This document shows, one piece after another, positions 29,777 through 40,488 of a stretch of DNA of 64,000 nucleotides. The stretch covers positions 35,196 to 99,195 of the forward strand of contig JAPLEZ010000142.1 in NCBI GenBank assembly GCA_026390935.1. The letters are read 5' to 3'. A model generated the notes under the pieces. The model was not told the DNA's origin. It was given only the letters and a program-made list of their open reading frames with translations, and ran no database searches. The DNA is from Bacteroidota bacterium. GTDB lineage: Bacteria; Bacteroidota; Bacteroidia; Flavobacteriales_C; GCA-002722245. The first letter of the stretch is position 1. Each line of letters begins with the position of its first letter. Made by a program: the position numbers and the translations under genes.

Positions 29777-31231
29777 TTAAATCACCCAGGTGTCCTTTGA
29801 ACCACCACCCTGCGATGAGTTGACAATTAAATTTCCTCTTTTTAAAGCTACACGAGTCAAGCCGCCTGGCAACACGTATTCGATGTTTTTTCCCAACAAA
29901 CAAAAAGTTCGTAAATCGATGTGACGCGATTCAATGATGTTTTCTCCTTCAATAAATGTTGGATGAACCGACAATGACATGATAGGTTGCGCTATATATT
30001 TTCTGCGGTTTTGCTGTATTTGTAGTTTTACCTCATTGATTTGTTCTTTGGTTAAAGTATTTCCAATGGAAATTCCATAACCTCCAGATTCATCCACCGG
30101 CTTGATCACCAGCTTGTCAACGTTTTCCAATACATATTTTAAATCGGAGTCAATACCGCAACGATAAGTTGGAACATTTTTAATGATTTGCTCTTCACCT
30201 AAATAGTATTTAATGATTTCGGGCATATAGGCATATACGGCTTTATCGTCGGCAACGCCTGTTCCGGGAGCGTTCACTAAGGTGACGTTGCCAGCAAGAT
30301 ATGCGCTCATTAAGCCTGGAGTTCCTAAAACAGAATCGGGATTGAACAACAATGGATCCAAGAATGGATCATCAATACGACGGTAAATCACGTGCACTCT
30401 GCGAGAGCCATGAATGGTTTTCATGTACACCACATCGCTTTTTACAAATAAGTCTCTTCCTTCAACCAATTCAACGCCCATGCTTTGTGCTAAAAAGCAA
30501 TGCTCAAAGTAGGCAGAATTGTACATTCCCGGACTCAGTACTACGCAGTTGGGAGCACTGTTTCCCGGACTCACCGATTGCAACATCGTGAGCAGTTTTT
30601 CGGGATAATCGATAATAGGTTGAGGTTGACATTTACTGAATAATTTCGGGAAAGTCTTTTTCAAAGTATTGCGATTGGCCAATACATAACTTACTCCCGA
30701 AGGGCAACGCACGTTGTCTTCCAGCACATAATATTCGCCATCGCTGTGACGGATCAAATCGGTTCCTGAAATGTGGTTGTAAATGCCGCCCAGTGGATTG
30801 AATCCTTCCATTACCGACAACATATTAGCACTGGAGTAAATTAGTTCCTTTGGAACAACTCCATCTTTCAATATTTTTTTATCGTGGTATAAGTCCTTTA
30901 AAAATTCATTAATGGCGTGGTTTCTTTGCAAGATGCCCTTTTCAATTTTAGTCCATTCGTCGTGAGCAATAATGCGTGGAATAAAGTCGAAAGGAAATAT
31001 TTTTTCAGATCCCAATGGATTGTCGGAATAAACTGCAAAGGTGATTCCTTCATTAAAAAAAACAATTTTGGCTTCTTCGTTGAACTTGCAATAATCTTGG
31101 GTGGTGTATTGTGAAAATTGTTCCGATAGAGCGTCATAATGCTGTCGGACCTTCATTTCTTTAGAAACAAACTCGTCGTAAACTCCATCCTTCGGAGTGT
31201 ATGCTGAATTGAAAAGTTGTTTTTGTTCCAA
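29777..31231 (-). CDS. Circularly permuted type-2 ATP-grasp protein
   Basis: 484 aa. Operon partner of alpha-E, transglutaminase and Anbu. The architecture matches the described CP-ATP-grasp amidoligase family. Confidence 0.75.
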   Translation of the reverse strand: MEQKQLFNSAYTPKDGVYDEFVSKEMKVRQHYDALSEQFSQYTTQDYCKFNEEAKIVFFNEGITFAVYSDNPLGSEKIFPFDFIPRIIAHDEWTKIEKGILQRNHAINEFLKDLYHDKKILKDGVVPKELIYSSANMLSVMEGFNPLGGIYNHISGTDLIRHSDGEYYVLEDNVRCPSGVSYVLANRNTLKKTFPKLFSKCQPQPIIDYPEKLLTMLQSVSPGNSAPNCVVLSPGMYNSAYFEHCFLAQSMGVELVEGRDLFVKSDVVYMKTIHGSRRVHVIYRRIDDPFLDPLLFNPDSVLGTPGLMSAYLAGNVTLVNAPGTGVADDKAVYAYMPEIIKYYLGEEQIIKNVPTYRCGIDSDLKYVLENVDKLVIKPVDESGGYGISIGNTLTKEQINEVKLQIQQNRRKYIAQPIMSLSVHPTFIEGENIIESRHIDLRTFCLLGKNIEYVLPGGLTRVALKRGNLIVNSSQGGGSKDTWVI

Positions 31232-31550
31232 GTGACTAAATAATTAATTAGATAAGACTAAGATAATAATTATACTAATCAAAATCTAATAAAATTGTAT
31301 TTGATCGGTTTTTTTTTACCACTAGTAGAATTTAAGAATAAATTTTCATTGTGCCTTAACTGCAAAATTCCTACTTAGTTCAAGGGCAATTAATGTTGGT
31401 AGGCAAGAGAATAGACTAAAATATCATTGTGCTATAAGCGTATAAGGTAAATTCGTAAGTAATTGACAATCAGATTTGTATGTTGACTTCACAACTATAA
31501 TGATGTATTTTTGTGCCCGGGGGAATTAAACAACCAACTTTTGTATTAGT

Positions 31551-33413
31551 ATGAGCTTTATAGTCAATCGCGTGCGGGTTATTTTTGCGACCACATTCTT
31601 CGTTATTTTTTTTAGTTTTCAGGGATACGGGGTTACCTATTACGTGAATGACAATTCAACTACGGGCGACATTTACTGTTCGGCAGTTGGAAATAATGGA
31701 ACTGGAACGGGCTCACAATCGAATCCCTACTTAACGGTTTCTTATGTGATAAACAATAAGACTTTGGGTGCCGGAGACATTGTATACATTGATGCTGGAA
31801 ATTACAATGAAGGTTGGGTTTTAAATTCCAATGCTGATGGAGGAAGTGCCGGAAATCCTTTGACGTTCCAAGGAGCAGGAGTTTCGTTGACGAAAAATAT
31901 TTACACCTCTTCTCAGGGAATAGCTATTGGAAATGGATCGGGTGCAGGTAATAGCTACATTACTTTTAAAGATGTGTATGTAGAAACTACACAAAACGTA
32001 AACACGGTATATGTTAATGCCGGAACGTCAAATATCATTTTTAATAGCTGCTCCTTTAAATCGGTGGTTAGTGGTGCGGCGATCGTTTTTATGTCAGCAA
32101 GCTCATGTAGAGTGATATCGTGCAGTATTAGCACTGTATACAATGGCATTGACTCCTATAACGGCTCAAATCAGATTTTCGACGGGAACACAATTACGCA
32201 TGCTTCGGCCTATACAGCTGGACAAAATCATCTTGGAATTATTGTAGAAGGTACTACAAGTTTTCCTGCACCTTATTTGGCAGACAACTGTGTTATTAGT
32301 AGTAATCGCGTGAGTGGATTTAATTATGGATTTTACATTCAACAAGAAGGCACCGGAAACACTTGGAAGAATAACTATGTGTGGGCAACTGAATACGGTT
32401 TGTTTTGTCCCAATAGCACATATAGTCATGCTTCCAACACTTTTAAATTCAATTCCATTTTATCTGATAAGGATTGTATTTACGGTGCTTGTTTAAGCTG
32501 GGACATTCAAAGCAACATTCTTTATTCCAACACGAGAAATTGTATCACTTTGCTGGATGCTTCCAACGACCCATCTACAATGAATTATAATTTGTATTAT
32601 GCACCAAGTGGTAACATTGGAAGCAGAAATGGGACTACATATGCAACTTTGGCGGCTTGGAAAGCAGCGCTTTCAAAAGATGTCAATAGTTTAAGTGGCA
32701 ATCCTTTATTTTCAAGCACTACAGTTTTGGATATTACGGGTTCATCTCCAGCAATTGGGCTTGCAGGCACCGATGCTGGCGTAACGGATGACGTGCGAAG
32801 AAATCCGACTTACACTCGTCCAACAAGCAATAAGGATATTGGGGCTTTTCAATATAGCAGTGCAGTCTTGCCTGTTGAACTCATTGATTTTTCTGCGTTT
32901 GTTGTTGATGGCGGCAATGAAGTTAGTTGGGTAACTGGTACTGAAATTAACAACGATTATTTTACACTGGAGCGTTCTCATGACGGAATAAACTTTAGTG
33001 CTATTCATTATGAAAAGGGGGCGGGAAGTTCTAATTCGATCATTAATTATTCATATGTTGACAATGCTAAATCTACTGGAATCGTGTATTACAGACTGAA
33101 GCAAACAGATTACGACGGCACCTTTTGCTACTCAAAAGTAGTAGCTGTAGAAAGTAAAAATTCAAATAATTTCTCTTTTTTACTTTACCCTAATCCTTCC
33201 AATGGCAGTACAATTTCCTTTGTTCTGCCTGAAAATAAAGCATCTTCATCCTTAGAAATATATGATGCTTTAGGTAAAATAATATTTTCTGAAAAACTCA
33301 CTTCTCAGAGCCACTATATTTTGGAATGGAGCGAAAAACCCGCTGCTGGTGTTTATTTCGTGACTTTGAAAAGTGGTGATCAAAGTTTTAATCAAAAACT
33401 AATCGTGGAGTAA
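31551..33413 (+). CDS. Secreted right-handed parallel beta-helix (PbH1) repeat protein with T9SS type-A C-terminal sorting domain
   Basis: Signal peptide. Repeated NxxFxxCxF/GxxxG beta-helix turns. C-terminal ...GVYFVTLKSGDQSFNQKLIVE. Confidence 0.75.
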   Translation: MSFIVNRVRVIFATTFFVIFFSFQGYGVTYYVNDNSTTGDIYCSAVGNNGTGTGSQSNPYLTVSYVINNKTLGAGDIVYIDAGNYNEGWVLNSNADGGSAGNPLTFQGAGVSLTKNIYTSSQGIAIGNGSGAGNSYITFKDVYVETTQNVNTVYVNAGTSNIIFNSCSFKSVVSGAAIVFMSASSCRVISCSISTVYNGIDSYNGSNQIFDGNTITHASAYTAGQNHLGIIVEGTTSFPAPYLADNCVISSNRVSGFNYGFYIQQEGTGNTWKNNYVWATEYGLFCPNSTYSHASNTFKFNSILSDKDCIYGACLSWDIQSNILYSNTRNCITLLDASNDPSTMNYNLYYAPSGNIGSRNGTTYATLAAWKAALSKDVNSLSGNPLFSSTTVLDITGSSPAIGLAGTDAGVTDDVRRNPTYTRPTSNKDIGAFQYSSAVLPVELIDFSAFVVDGGNEVSWVTGTEINNDYFTLERSHDGINFSAIHYEKGAGSSNSIINYSYVDNAKSTGIVYYRLKQTDYDGTFCYSKVVAVESKNSNNFSFLLYPNPSNGSTISFVLPENKASSSLEIYDALGKIIFSEKLTSQSHYILEWSEKPAAGVYFVTLKSGDQSFNQKLIVE

Positions 33414-33529
33414 AAGGAAGCTCTCGCTCATACCTACCTCCGACTTTTGCAGAGACAATTTGCCAGTTCACCGATTGCGTTTGTTTGCCAACGCTGATTC
33501 ATGATTCTTTGTAAGAAAAAACAAAACTC

Positions 33530-33925
33530 ATGAAAATTCCTATCCTATTTCTTCAACTTGGCGGGGTGATAAATCTTCTCGTTGGGGTGCTGCATTGCTT
33601 TTTTTGGAAACTTTTTTCTTGGCAAAGTGAACTTAAAAAGCTGAGTGTGGAAAACAGTAACATCGTGCAAATGCTAAATCTTTTTTGCATTGTCTTCTTT
33701 TTTTATTCTTCGATATTGTTGATTTTCAAACCCTATCAATTTTTATCGAATGCGATTGGTCGTGCTTTTGTGGGCCTATTTGCCACTTTGTTTTTGGCCC
33801 GATTGGCAATGGAGTTTTACTTTCCGGCAGGCAGTATTGGGTTTGCCGCTTTCTTGCTATTTACCGTTTTCCTTTTTCCTTTTCCACTAATTAAAACTAA
33901 TACCTCTACTTATGCGAATCAATAA
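33530..33925 (+). CDS. Hypothetical integral membrane protein
   Basis: 131 aa, four hydrophobic segments. Confidence 0.5.
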   Translation: MKIPILFLQLGGVINLLVGVLHCFFWKLFSWQSELKKLSVENSNIVQMLNLFCIVFFFYSSILLIFKPYQFLSNAIGRAFVGLFATLFLARLAMEFYFPAGSIGFAAFLLFTVFLFPFPLIKTNTSTYANQ

Positions 33926-34502
33926 CAAAGAACACCTCAAACTTGCCTGGCGAGTGCATTCCTTACTACCCGATTTCACAGTAGAAGACACTTGGCTGCT
34001 TCCCATGACTTTGAAAGCCAATGAGAGCATACAAGAAGTGCAATTGGTTTTTGCGCAAGCAATGCACGAAACTGCCACAAGGGGAATGGCCGGATTACTC
34101 TTTAAATTCAGATTCTTTTTAGGTAGAGTTTTTGGTTGGGAGGATCCTGTATCCCCTGTTTCTGCGCTACCTGAAGGAAGCATTCGGGCAAGATATGCGG
34201 AGCAAGAATCGTTGCAGGCAAAAGATTTTACCTCCAATGGCTTTGGTGGTTTTGTACCTGTGTACCATTTAGAAATGGAGATTTTGTTAGAGATAGAAAA
34301 CAAAACGGTACTGGCCGCCTGTCACTTAGGAAAAGTGCAATTGGGGCCCAATGACTTTGGTGTTCACATGACTATTTATGTAAAACCAAAGGGACGGTTT
34401 GGAAAATTTTATATGCAATTAATTAAGCCCTTTCGACTTTTCATTGTGTATCCTGCTCTGCTTAAAATGGTTGGAAAGCAATGGAAAAGGTACAAATCGT
34501 AA
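33912..34502 (+). CDS. Hypothetical protein (possibly DUF2867-like)
   Basis: 196 aa. Overlaps the upstream gene by 14 nt. No recognisable catalytic motif. Confidence 0.5.
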   Translation: MRINNKEHLKLAWRVHSLLPDFTVEDTWLLPMTLKANESIQEVQLVFAQAMHETATRGMAGLLFKFRFFLGRVFGWEDPVSPVSALPEGSIRARYAEQESLQAKDFTSNGFGGFVPVYHLEMEILLEIENKTVLAACHLGKVQLGPNDFGVHMTIYVKPKGRFGKFYMQLIKPFRLFIVYPALLKMVGKQWKRYKS

Positions 34503-34567
34503 AACATTTTTTGGCCTTCGCCATTGATCTATTTATTGTATTTTAGAAACTTAATTTTATCACACAA

Positions 34568-35578
34568 ATGCAGCGATTCGTTTATTTCACCGCACATTTT
34601 TTGTTTTGGACTGTTTTTGCTGCGCTGTCGTGGATGAGTTTTAGTGCTAATCCTTTGGAATTGGCGTTTGTGAAATCGAATCTTGAAGCTCCTGTAATGC
34701 TGATTCTTTGGGCGGCAATAAGTTTTTACGCTTTCTATTTTTTTGTACAACCGCTGTTTCTCGACACTAAAAAGTACTTCACTTATTTTGTAGTATCGGT
34801 GCTTTCAAGCATCACAATGAGTGCGCTGTTTACCGTCATTTTCTGGTTCAGCTATCCAGTGTTCACTGAGCATGCGCTGCAGAAATTTTCGGAAGGAATT
34901 ATAGGTTCGTTCATCATTAGTCAGTGTGGTAGTTTGCTGCGCGGATTTGTTAATTGGAATAAAAACTTACAGTACAAAGCCGCTTTGGAAAATCAGTCGC
35001 TCCGCAATGAATTGGCTATGCTCAAAGCACAATTGAGTCCGCATTTTCTTTTCAATACGCTCAACAACATTGATTCATTGATTTACAAATCGCAGGACGA
35101 GGCCTCTGCCTCATTAATTAAATTGTCGGGATTACTTAGGTATATGTTGTATGAAAGCGAAAGTAAGGAAGTGTTTATCGCCAAGGAAATAGAGTACATC
35201 CAACAATTGGTTGAGTTACAGCAATTGCGATTTGCTGAAAAAAATTTCGTGACGCTTGACATTCAAAATAGCTGTTCCGAATTTAAAATTGCTCCTCTAT
35301 TGTTTCTGCCATTGATTGAGAATGCTTTTAAATTTGTGTCGAATCCGGCAACAATGCCCGCTATACACATTGAATTAAACGTACAAAATAATGGCGTGAA
35401 ATTAATTTGCTGCAACTACTTTGTGCCAAAGAACGCAGGTACTGTGCAAACGCAAGGCGGCATCGGACTGGTGAATACCCGCCGCCGATTGGAGCTGTTA
35501 TACCCCAATCGTTTTAATTTGCAGGTATCGCAAACCCACAATATGTTTACAGTTGAACTCAATATTGAAAGGATATGA
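34568..35578 (+). CDS. Sensor histidine kinase, LytS/YehU family
   Basis: N-terminal multi-TM region. His_kinase box LKAQLSPHFLFNTLNNI. Followed by a HATPase region. Overlaps the response regulator by 4 nt. Confidence 0.85.
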   Translation: MQRFVYFTAHFLFWTVFAALSWMSFSANPLELAFVKSNLEAPVMLILWAAISFYAFYFFVQPLFLDTKKYFTYFVVSVLSSITMSALFTVIFWFSYPVFTEHALQKFSEGIIGSFIISQCGSLLRGFVNWNKNLQYKAALENQSLRNELAMLKAQLSPHFLFNTLNNIDSLIYKSQDEASASLIKLSGLLRYMLYESESKEVFIAKEIEYIQQLVELQQLRFAEKNFVTLDIQNSCSEFKIAPLLFLPLIENAFKFVSNPATMPAIHIELNVQNNGVKLICCNYFVPKNAGTVQTQGGIGLVNTRRRLELLYPNRFNLQVSQTHNMFTVELNIERI

Positions 35579-36282
35579 TCGTGACATGCATCCTCATAGA
35601 AGACGAGCCTTTGGCGGCAGAAAAGTTAGTTGGATTTATCAAAAAAGTGCCCTTCCTTGAATTAAAGGAGAACTTCCAAAGCAGCGTATTGGGGCTAAAC
35701 TATTTAAAAGAAAATTCAGTTGATCTTGTATTTCTAGATATTCAAATGGATTCATTAACGGGCATAGATTTACTGGAAAGTTTGTCGAAGAAACCAGCCA
35801 TAATTTTAACTACTGCATTTCAGGAATACGCATTGCAGGGATATGAACTTCGTGTGAGCGATTATTTGCTAAAACCCTATTCTTTTGTTCGGTTTTTGAA
35901 GGCGGTGGATAAGGTGTATGATGAGCTATTGCCAAGCCATCCTACCCCGGAAATAGCGCAAGATTGCATATTTGTAAAAACAGAATACCGCATTGAAAAA
36001 GTTGAAATTCAAAACATATTGTACATTGAAGGAATGAGTGATTATTTGCGGATTCATTTGGCCGGCGGAAAAAAAATTATGAGTCTGCAAAGCTTTAAAT
36101 CGTATGAAGCAATATTACCAAAAATCAATTTTATACGCGTGCATAAGTCCTTTCTGATTGCGATGGACAAAATTGAAAGCATTGAAAGACAAAGAGTAAA
36201 AATTGCCGATCAGCTGATACCGATCAGCGACACCTATAAAGCAGATTTTTTCGCTAGGATAGAAAATAAAGGATTGTTGTAA
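35575..36282 (+). CDS. LytTR-family two-component response regulator
   Basis: Receiver domain (LIEDEPLAAEKL...FLDIQMDSLTGIDLLE) plus a C-terminal LytTR DNA-binding domain. Confidence 0.85.
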   Translation: MIVTCILIEDEPLAAEKLVGFIKKVPFLELKENFQSSVLGLNYLKENSVDLVFLDIQMDSLTGIDLLESLSKKPAIILTTAFQEYALQGYELRVSDYLLKPYSFVRFLKAVDKVYDELLPSHPTPEIAQDCIFVKTEYRIEKVEIQNILYIEGMSDYLRIHLAGGKKIMSLQSFKSYEAILPKINFIRVHKSFLIAMDKIESIERQRVKIADQLIPISDTYKADFFARIENKGLL

Positions 36283-36290
36283 AATGAAAA

Positions 36291-36318
36291 AAGGGAAGCG
36301 AACGCTTCCCTTTTTTCA
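36291..36318. terminator. Rho-independent terminator shared by convergent genes
   Basis: GGGAAGCG-AAC-GCTTCCC followed by TTTTTTC. The reverse strand has the equivalent T-run. Confidence 0.75.
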
Positions 36319-36334
36319 TTAGTTGCCGTAATTT

Positions 36335-37708
36335 TTATTTCAGCACAATTTTCTTGGTCACCAGTGAGATGCCATTGTTGTCTTTAAGCGTTACAAAATA
36401 AACTCCTGCGCCAGTCCATGCACTTAAGTCGATATTTACTGTTTGCTGCGATATCAGTGAGTTGTAAACTTGCTGTGATTGTTCATTTACAATATTAAGA
36501 GTGTAATTGTTGAAATTTTGAAAGGTTCCAAAATCAATCGTTAAATGATCTTTAGTTGGGTTCGGGAACATTTTGATAGTTAACTGATCCAACACATTTA
36601 TACCCAATTTAAATTGAATGAAAAGCGTGTCGCTGGTATTCTTATACAAAGTGTCCGTTTTGTTTACGTAAACAGTATCAATTACCTTCAAATAAACGGT
36701 GTCCTTGGCAAGATATATAGTGTCATGAATGCTTCCTTTACCTACTGAATCCACTTCTAGAGAAGCTATTGAAGTGGTGTCGGAACATTGGTCGTTGGCA
36801 ATAATGCAACGGAAGGAGTTTTTGTCCATTCCAATACCAACGATGTCCACACTCAATGCAGAGCTATTTACTCCGCTGTAATTGCAAGTGCCAGGAATAT
36901 TTGTAAATCCTTTTCCCTCGTTTATTTGCCACTGATAGTTACTAGGGTTTAAGTTTGAATAAGTCCAAAACCCTGCATTTCCGCCACCTTTAGCTTTGTA
37001 GTTTTGTGGCTGCATCGCAATAATGTTAGTACATGGGTTTTGTTCACTACACAAAATCTTTGCTTCCTGCGGAGAAACTGCTCTGTTGTATATTCTGATA
37101 TCGTCAATTTTTCCTGCGAAGAAATAGGTGCTTAAATTTCGTGATGAACCAATAATAGTTTTGCTTAATCCATTCACCGAATTTGCAAGATTGGACGTGG
37201 TTTGAGAGATTTCAAAACAATCCAAGAAAATTTGAGTTGTGTTGGTGGTTCTTGTGATTAAAATATGATGCCATTCATTTTTTGTGATGGGAGCTTCTGC
37301 TCTTTGGTATCCAACAGCAAAAGTGACTTTATCGGTGCCGCTGCTATTTATAAGGTTCACTACTGTGCAGCCATTTACAATATTGGCAAAATCCGAGCTG
37401 TAAATCATTTTTGCAGTGCTTTCAATTGCGGTAGCATAAAACCAAAAACTAATGCTTCTTTCTGGAAGATCATACGGACTGGTTAGGTCAATGTACGAGC
37501 TACTTCCATTGAAGGAATAGGCCGAATTAGGATTGTTAAATCGGTCGGAGGTGATAGAAGCTCCGTAGTTTGCGCCATTGGAACCCGACCCTTTGTTGTT
37601 GACATTTCCATTAAAAGGAAAATAGCCCACGAGTCCTGAATCTAAATTTTGTGAAAAGGCTGCAGTGACGCTAATAGCCGCTAGCAGCGAGAGTAGTGTT
37701 TTCTTCAT
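36335..37708 (-). CDS. Secreted LamG/concanavalin-like lectin domain protein with T9SS type-A C-terminal domain
   Basis: Signal peptide MKKTLLSLLAAISVTAAFSQ. I chose the internal ATG at 37708 over the ORF-track start at 37951. LamG motif (DDIRIYNRAVSPQEAKIL). C-terminal ...GVYFVTLKDNNGISLVTKKIVLK. Confidence 0.7.
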   Translation of the reverse strand: MKKTLLSLLAAISVTAAFSQNLDSGLVGYFPFNGNVNNKGSGSNGANYGASITSDRFNNPNSAYSFNGSSSYIDLTSPYDLPERSISFWFYATAIESTAKMIYSSDFANIVNGCTVVNLINSSGTDKVTFAVGYQRAEAPITKNEWHHILITRTTNTTQIFLDCFEISQTTSNLANSVNGLSKTIIGSSRNLSTYFFAGKIDDIRIYNRAVSPQEAKILCSEQNPCTNIIAMQPQNYKAKGGGNAGFWTYSNLNPSNYQWQINEGKGFTNIPGTCNYSGVNSSALSVDIVGIGMDKNSFRCIIANDQCSDTTSIASLEVDSVGKGSIHDTIYLAKDTVYLKVIDTVYVNKTDTLYKNTSDTLFIQFKLGINVLDQLTIKMFPNPTKDHLTIDFGTFQNFNNYTLNIVNEQSQQVYNSLISQQTVNIDLSAWTGAGVYFVTLKDNNGISLVTKKIVLK

Positions 37709-37856
37709 AAAAATATTTGTTGTTAGTAGTGGCGCTAAAATAGGCATATTATTTAAAGCTGTCAATATCTTAAACAGTTTCATTGCACACTCACCAACTA
37801 TCTTTATATTAGCGCTATTCTTCCAAAAAGCAAACAACTGTGACCTGTAAATAGAG

Positions 37857-40463
37857 ATGGCAACCTTAGAAAAATTCCAGAACAACGTAGCGGTTAAATA
37901 CCAAATTTTTAACAGTTTATTTTTAACCCTTCCTTTTGAGGAAGTCACCAATATAGGTGTTACTCTGCCTTTGCTTTTTCAAGATTGTAAGGACGGTTTT
38001 GAGCACAATAGAACTCCTCAGGAAATTGTTGATCAGTTTTTCAAAAAAAGAACAAAAATAAAAAATGAAGAAGAAATCAATTTGTTGATTTTTAAGTTCA
38101 TTCAATACATCGAAAGACAAGTGGTGTTGTTTGACGCCATTGAAGATTCAGCATTTGAAAAGATCAACGATTTAGACGGTCAGGGCACTATTAAATATTT
38201 ATTCAGTCGTTCACAAAATGCCAACCGTATGGAGAAGTTGGTGCAAAAGCTGAAGGATTTTAAAGTGCGTCCGGTGTTGACCGCTCACCCTACACAGTTT
38301 TATCCAAGTCGAGTTTTATCAATTATCAACGACCTGGAAGTAGCCATTCGTAAAAACGATTTGCGCGACATCAACGATTTGCTTCGTCAGCTCGGAAGAA
38401 CTCCATTTGTAACCAAAGAAAAACCAACTCCGCTGGATGAAGCCATGCGTTTAATGTGGTACTTGGAATATGTTTTTTACCATTCCATTCCTAAAATTCA
38501 CAGCAGAATGCGCAAGCAAATGAAGTTGGCTGGGGTGGATGTGGATGATTTTGATAATAATTTAATTGACCTTGGTTTTTGGCCAGGTGGCGATAGAGAC
38601 GGAAATCATTTTGTTACTGCCGATATCACCAGAAAGGTGGCTTCTGAGTTGAAACAAAAAGTTTTCATTTGCTACTATAGAGATTTAAGAAATTTAAGAA
38701 AACGCTTGACCTTTAGTGGAATCGATGAGCGCATAGAAATTATTTACAATACGCTTTCCAACACCATTTTCAATACTGATGGAAAACGCTACCACACTAA
38801 GGAAGATTTACTGAAGGATTTAAATTACATCCGCGTGTTGATAGTGGAAAAACACAATGGTTTGTTTATTCATTTGTTGGATGAATTGATTTGGAAAGTG
38901 AAAATTTTTGGTTTCCATTTCGCTTTGTTGGATGTGCGCCAGGATTCCCGCATCCACGGAAAAGTGCTCAGCGATGTTTTTGAAGCGATGGCTTCTGGAA
39001 AATTAAAAGACTCGGTACGAGGTAAGATCCCAAAAAATTACGAAGAGCTTTCTGAAGCTAAAAAAATTGCAGCGTTGTTGACGTTGGAAGGAAATATTGA
39101 TCCTGATCTTTTTGAAGACGACATGACGAAAGAGACTTTGAAATCTCTTTACGTGATCAGAGACATTCAAAAAGCTAACGGTGAAATTGCATGTCACCGT
39201 TACATTATCAGCAACACGCAAACAGCGGTGAACATGTTTGAGGTGTACGCTTTGGCTCGCATTTGCGGATGGGAAAAAGAAATGACATTGGACATCGTTC
39301 CTTTGTTTGAAACCATTGATGATTTGGTCAACGCCAATGACATCATGGCTACCATGTATGGAAATGATGCTTATGAAGCACAATTGAAATTCCGTGGTAA
39401 AAAACAATACATCATGTTGGGCTTCTCCGATGGAACAAAAGATGGTGGCTATTTGATGGCCAACTGGTCTATTTTCCGTGCGAAAGAAAACCTGACGGAA
39501 ATTGCAAGAAAGAATAAAGTGAGTGTGGTGTTTTTCGACGGTCGCGGCGGACCACCAGCGCGAGGCGGAGGAAATACCAATAAATTTTACTCCAGTTTAG
39601 GAGATAGAATCGAAGACGATGAAATTCAATTGACCGTTCAAGGTCAAACCATTTCTTCCAACTTCGGAACAGTAGATTCTTCTCAGTACAACATAGAGCA
39701 GTTGATTTGTGCTGGCTTGGAAAACTTTGTTTTTAAAGGAGATATTTTAAAATTATCCGACAAAAATCGTGAGTTGATTGACGACATGGCGAAGGAGGCT
39801 TACGATGAATATTGCCGATTTAAAAACGATCCTAAATTCATTGATTACCTTGAAGAAGTGAGCGTTTTGCAATACTACGGTAAAACAAATATTGGTTCCC
39901 GTCCATCCAAAAGAAAAAAAGCAGATAAGCTTACATTGAGCGATTTACGTGCGATTCCTTTTGTAGGAGCGTGGACTCAGATGAAGCAAAATGTTCCTGG
40001 ATTTTTTGGTTTCGGTACTGCCATCAAGAAATACAAAGATGCTGGCAGAATCGACGAGATAAAAGATTTGTACCAAAAATCATTGTTCTTCAGAACGCTG
40101 GCAGAAAACTCAATGATGTCCTTGTCTAAAACCTATTTCCCGTTAACAGCTTATTTGGCCAACGACAAAAAATTTGGAAAATTTTGGAAATGGATTCACG
40201 ATGAATATACCATCACTAAAGCTCTTTTGCTGGAGATTTCAGGAATGGATTCTTTGCTGGAAAATCAACCTTCCAACCAGGCATCTATTCAAATGAGAGA
40301 GAATATTATTTTGCCATTGATCACTATTCAGCAATATGCTTTAATGAACTTAAAAGATATTGAAAAGGGCGAGAGAAAAGATGCGGAGATGGCTCCTGTG
40401 TTTGAAAAAATGATCATTCGTGCTTTCTTTGGAAGTATTAATGCGAGTAGGAATTCGGCTTAG
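37857..40463 (+). CDS. ppc: Phosphoenolpyruvate carboxylase
   Basis: VLTAHPTQFYPSRVL, FFDGRGGPPARGGG and GYLMANWS motifs. 868 aa. Confidence 0.9.
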   Translation: MATLEKFQNNVAVKYQIFNSLFLTLPFEEVTNIGVTLPLLFQDCKDGFEHNRTPQEIVDQFFKKRTKIKNEEEINLLIFKFIQYIERQVVLFDAIEDSAFEKINDLDGQGTIKYLFSRSQNANRMEKLVQKLKDFKVRPVLTAHPTQFYPSRVLSIINDLEVAIRKNDLRDINDLLRQLGRTPFVTKEKPTPLDEAMRLMWYLEYVFYHSIPKIHSRMRKQMKLAGVDVDDFDNNLIDLGFWPGGDRDGNHFVTADITRKVASELKQKVFICYYRDLRNLRKRLTFSGIDERIEIIYNTLSNTIFNTDGKRYHTKEDLLKDLNYIRVLIVEKHNGLFIHLLDELIWKVKIFGFHFALLDVRQDSRIHGKVLSDVFEAMASGKLKDSVRGKIPKNYEELSEAKKIAALLTLEGNIDPDLFEDDMTKETLKSLYVIRDIQKANGEIACHRYIISNTQTAVNMFEVYALARICGWEKEMTLDIVPLFETIDDLVNANDIMATMYGNDAYEAQLKFRGKKQYIMLGFSDGTKDGGYLMANWSIFRAKENLTEIARKNKVSVVFFDGRGGPPARGGGNTNKFYSSLGDRIEDDEIQLTVQGQTISSNFGTVDSSQYNIEQLICAGLENFVFKGDILKLSDKNRELIDDMAKEAYDEYCRFKNDPKFIDYLEEVSVLQYYGKTNIGSRPSKRKKADKLTLSDLRAIPFVGAWTQMKQNVPGFFGFGTAIKKYKDAGRIDEIKDLYQKSLFFRTLAENSMMSLSKTYFPLTAYLANDKKFGKFWKWIHDEYTITKALLLEISGMDSLLENQPSNQASIQMRENIILPLITIQQYALMNLKDIEKGERKDAEMAPVFEKMIIRAFFGSINASRNSA

Positions 40464-40488
40464 ATGTAAGAGGATATAATCCCTGTAT

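Noticed and set aside
31232-31550. AT-rich 320-bp divergent intergenic region with a possible Bacteroidota -7 box (TATTTTTG at about 31506)
   Set aside because: The motif match is weak, and I could not find a convincing -33 element at the right spacing. I do not report it as a promoter.
33887-34303. 138-aa minus-strand ORF
   Set aside because: It lies antisense and entirely within the 33912..34502 plus-strand gene. It is Ser/Cys-rich low-complexity with no signal of being a gene.
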